Notes under the pieces: model-generated
The model's input: only the letters and a program-made list of their open reading frames with translations
Told to the model about the DNA's origin: nothing
Database searches by the model: none
Assembly: GCA_965287045.1 (NCBI GenBank)
Contig: OZ336883.1
Location: 20,584,001-20,648,000, forward strand
Direction of reading: 5' to 3'
From: Carcharhinus amblyrhynchos
Taxonomy: Eukaryota
DNA: 64,000 nt
Position numbers and translations under genes: made by a program
Part shown: positions 63,576-64,000 of the stretch, piece by piece
How the letters are laid out: the number at the start of each line of letters is the position of its first letter
How positions within the stretch are numbered: the first letter of the stretch is position 1

Positions 63576-64000
63576 AAGCAAGTCATCCTCGACTGTGCCA
63601 CTGAAGGTTTGATGACCTTACCAGAAGTGACAGAATAAGACTTCTTGTCACACATCACTCTGAATACAAGCCTGCAAAAGCAGTTCTTCCAGCACTATTA
63701 ATCCTTCTCTTCCCTATTGTACAAGAATTTCTTCCAACCACAGTAGGCCAACTCTGCCACATTCGCAATATTCAACAGTTAGCACTGATGTCCAGACTGT
63801 CATAGACAATGTTCTGCTTTCGTTTGGTTTGGTCTTGGGTTAATTCTCACAATCTGTTAAACTCTTTGATCCTTCTCACTGGAATCACCTTCCTTCACTC
63901 AGTGACTACCCAATCCCCTTTTGCAGACACTTACTGCTTCTTCCTCTCAGCCTCCTACATGCTTGATAGTCCTCCTTATATGGAGGTTCCTTGTGCTAAG

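Overview
Vertebrate genomic DNA, almost certainly from a shark (elasmobranch): it is dense in HE1-type V-SINEs, CR1/HER1 LINEs, Penelope-like, Rex/Babar, L2, RTE and Harbinger remnants. The one well-supported gene is chromogranin A (CHGA) on the minus strand. I reconstructed 7 coding exons (25034 to 9968; 1383 nt, 460 aa) with GT-AG introns and consistent phases, a signal peptide, the C17-C38 loop, an RGD motif and the serpinin-like C-terminus. The first ~2.8 kb has no recognisable repeats and looks like the 3' UTR of a convergent plus-strand gene (ITPK1 by mammalian synteny; inference only). The rest is intronic or intergenic and repeat-rich, with a 1.9-kb 27-bp minisatellite, a 24-bp minisatellite derived from an L2 RT motif, and one assembly gap. 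Best leads: a single 941-nt CHGA exon where mammals have two; a shifted vasostatin cleavage site; short hammerhead-bearing Penelope-like insertions with TSDs; a V-SINE subfamily with a swapped 3' tail; and a U2-like inverted repeat in CHGA intron 4. I found no clearly new biological system. Human comparisons are from memory, and repeat boundaries are approximate.
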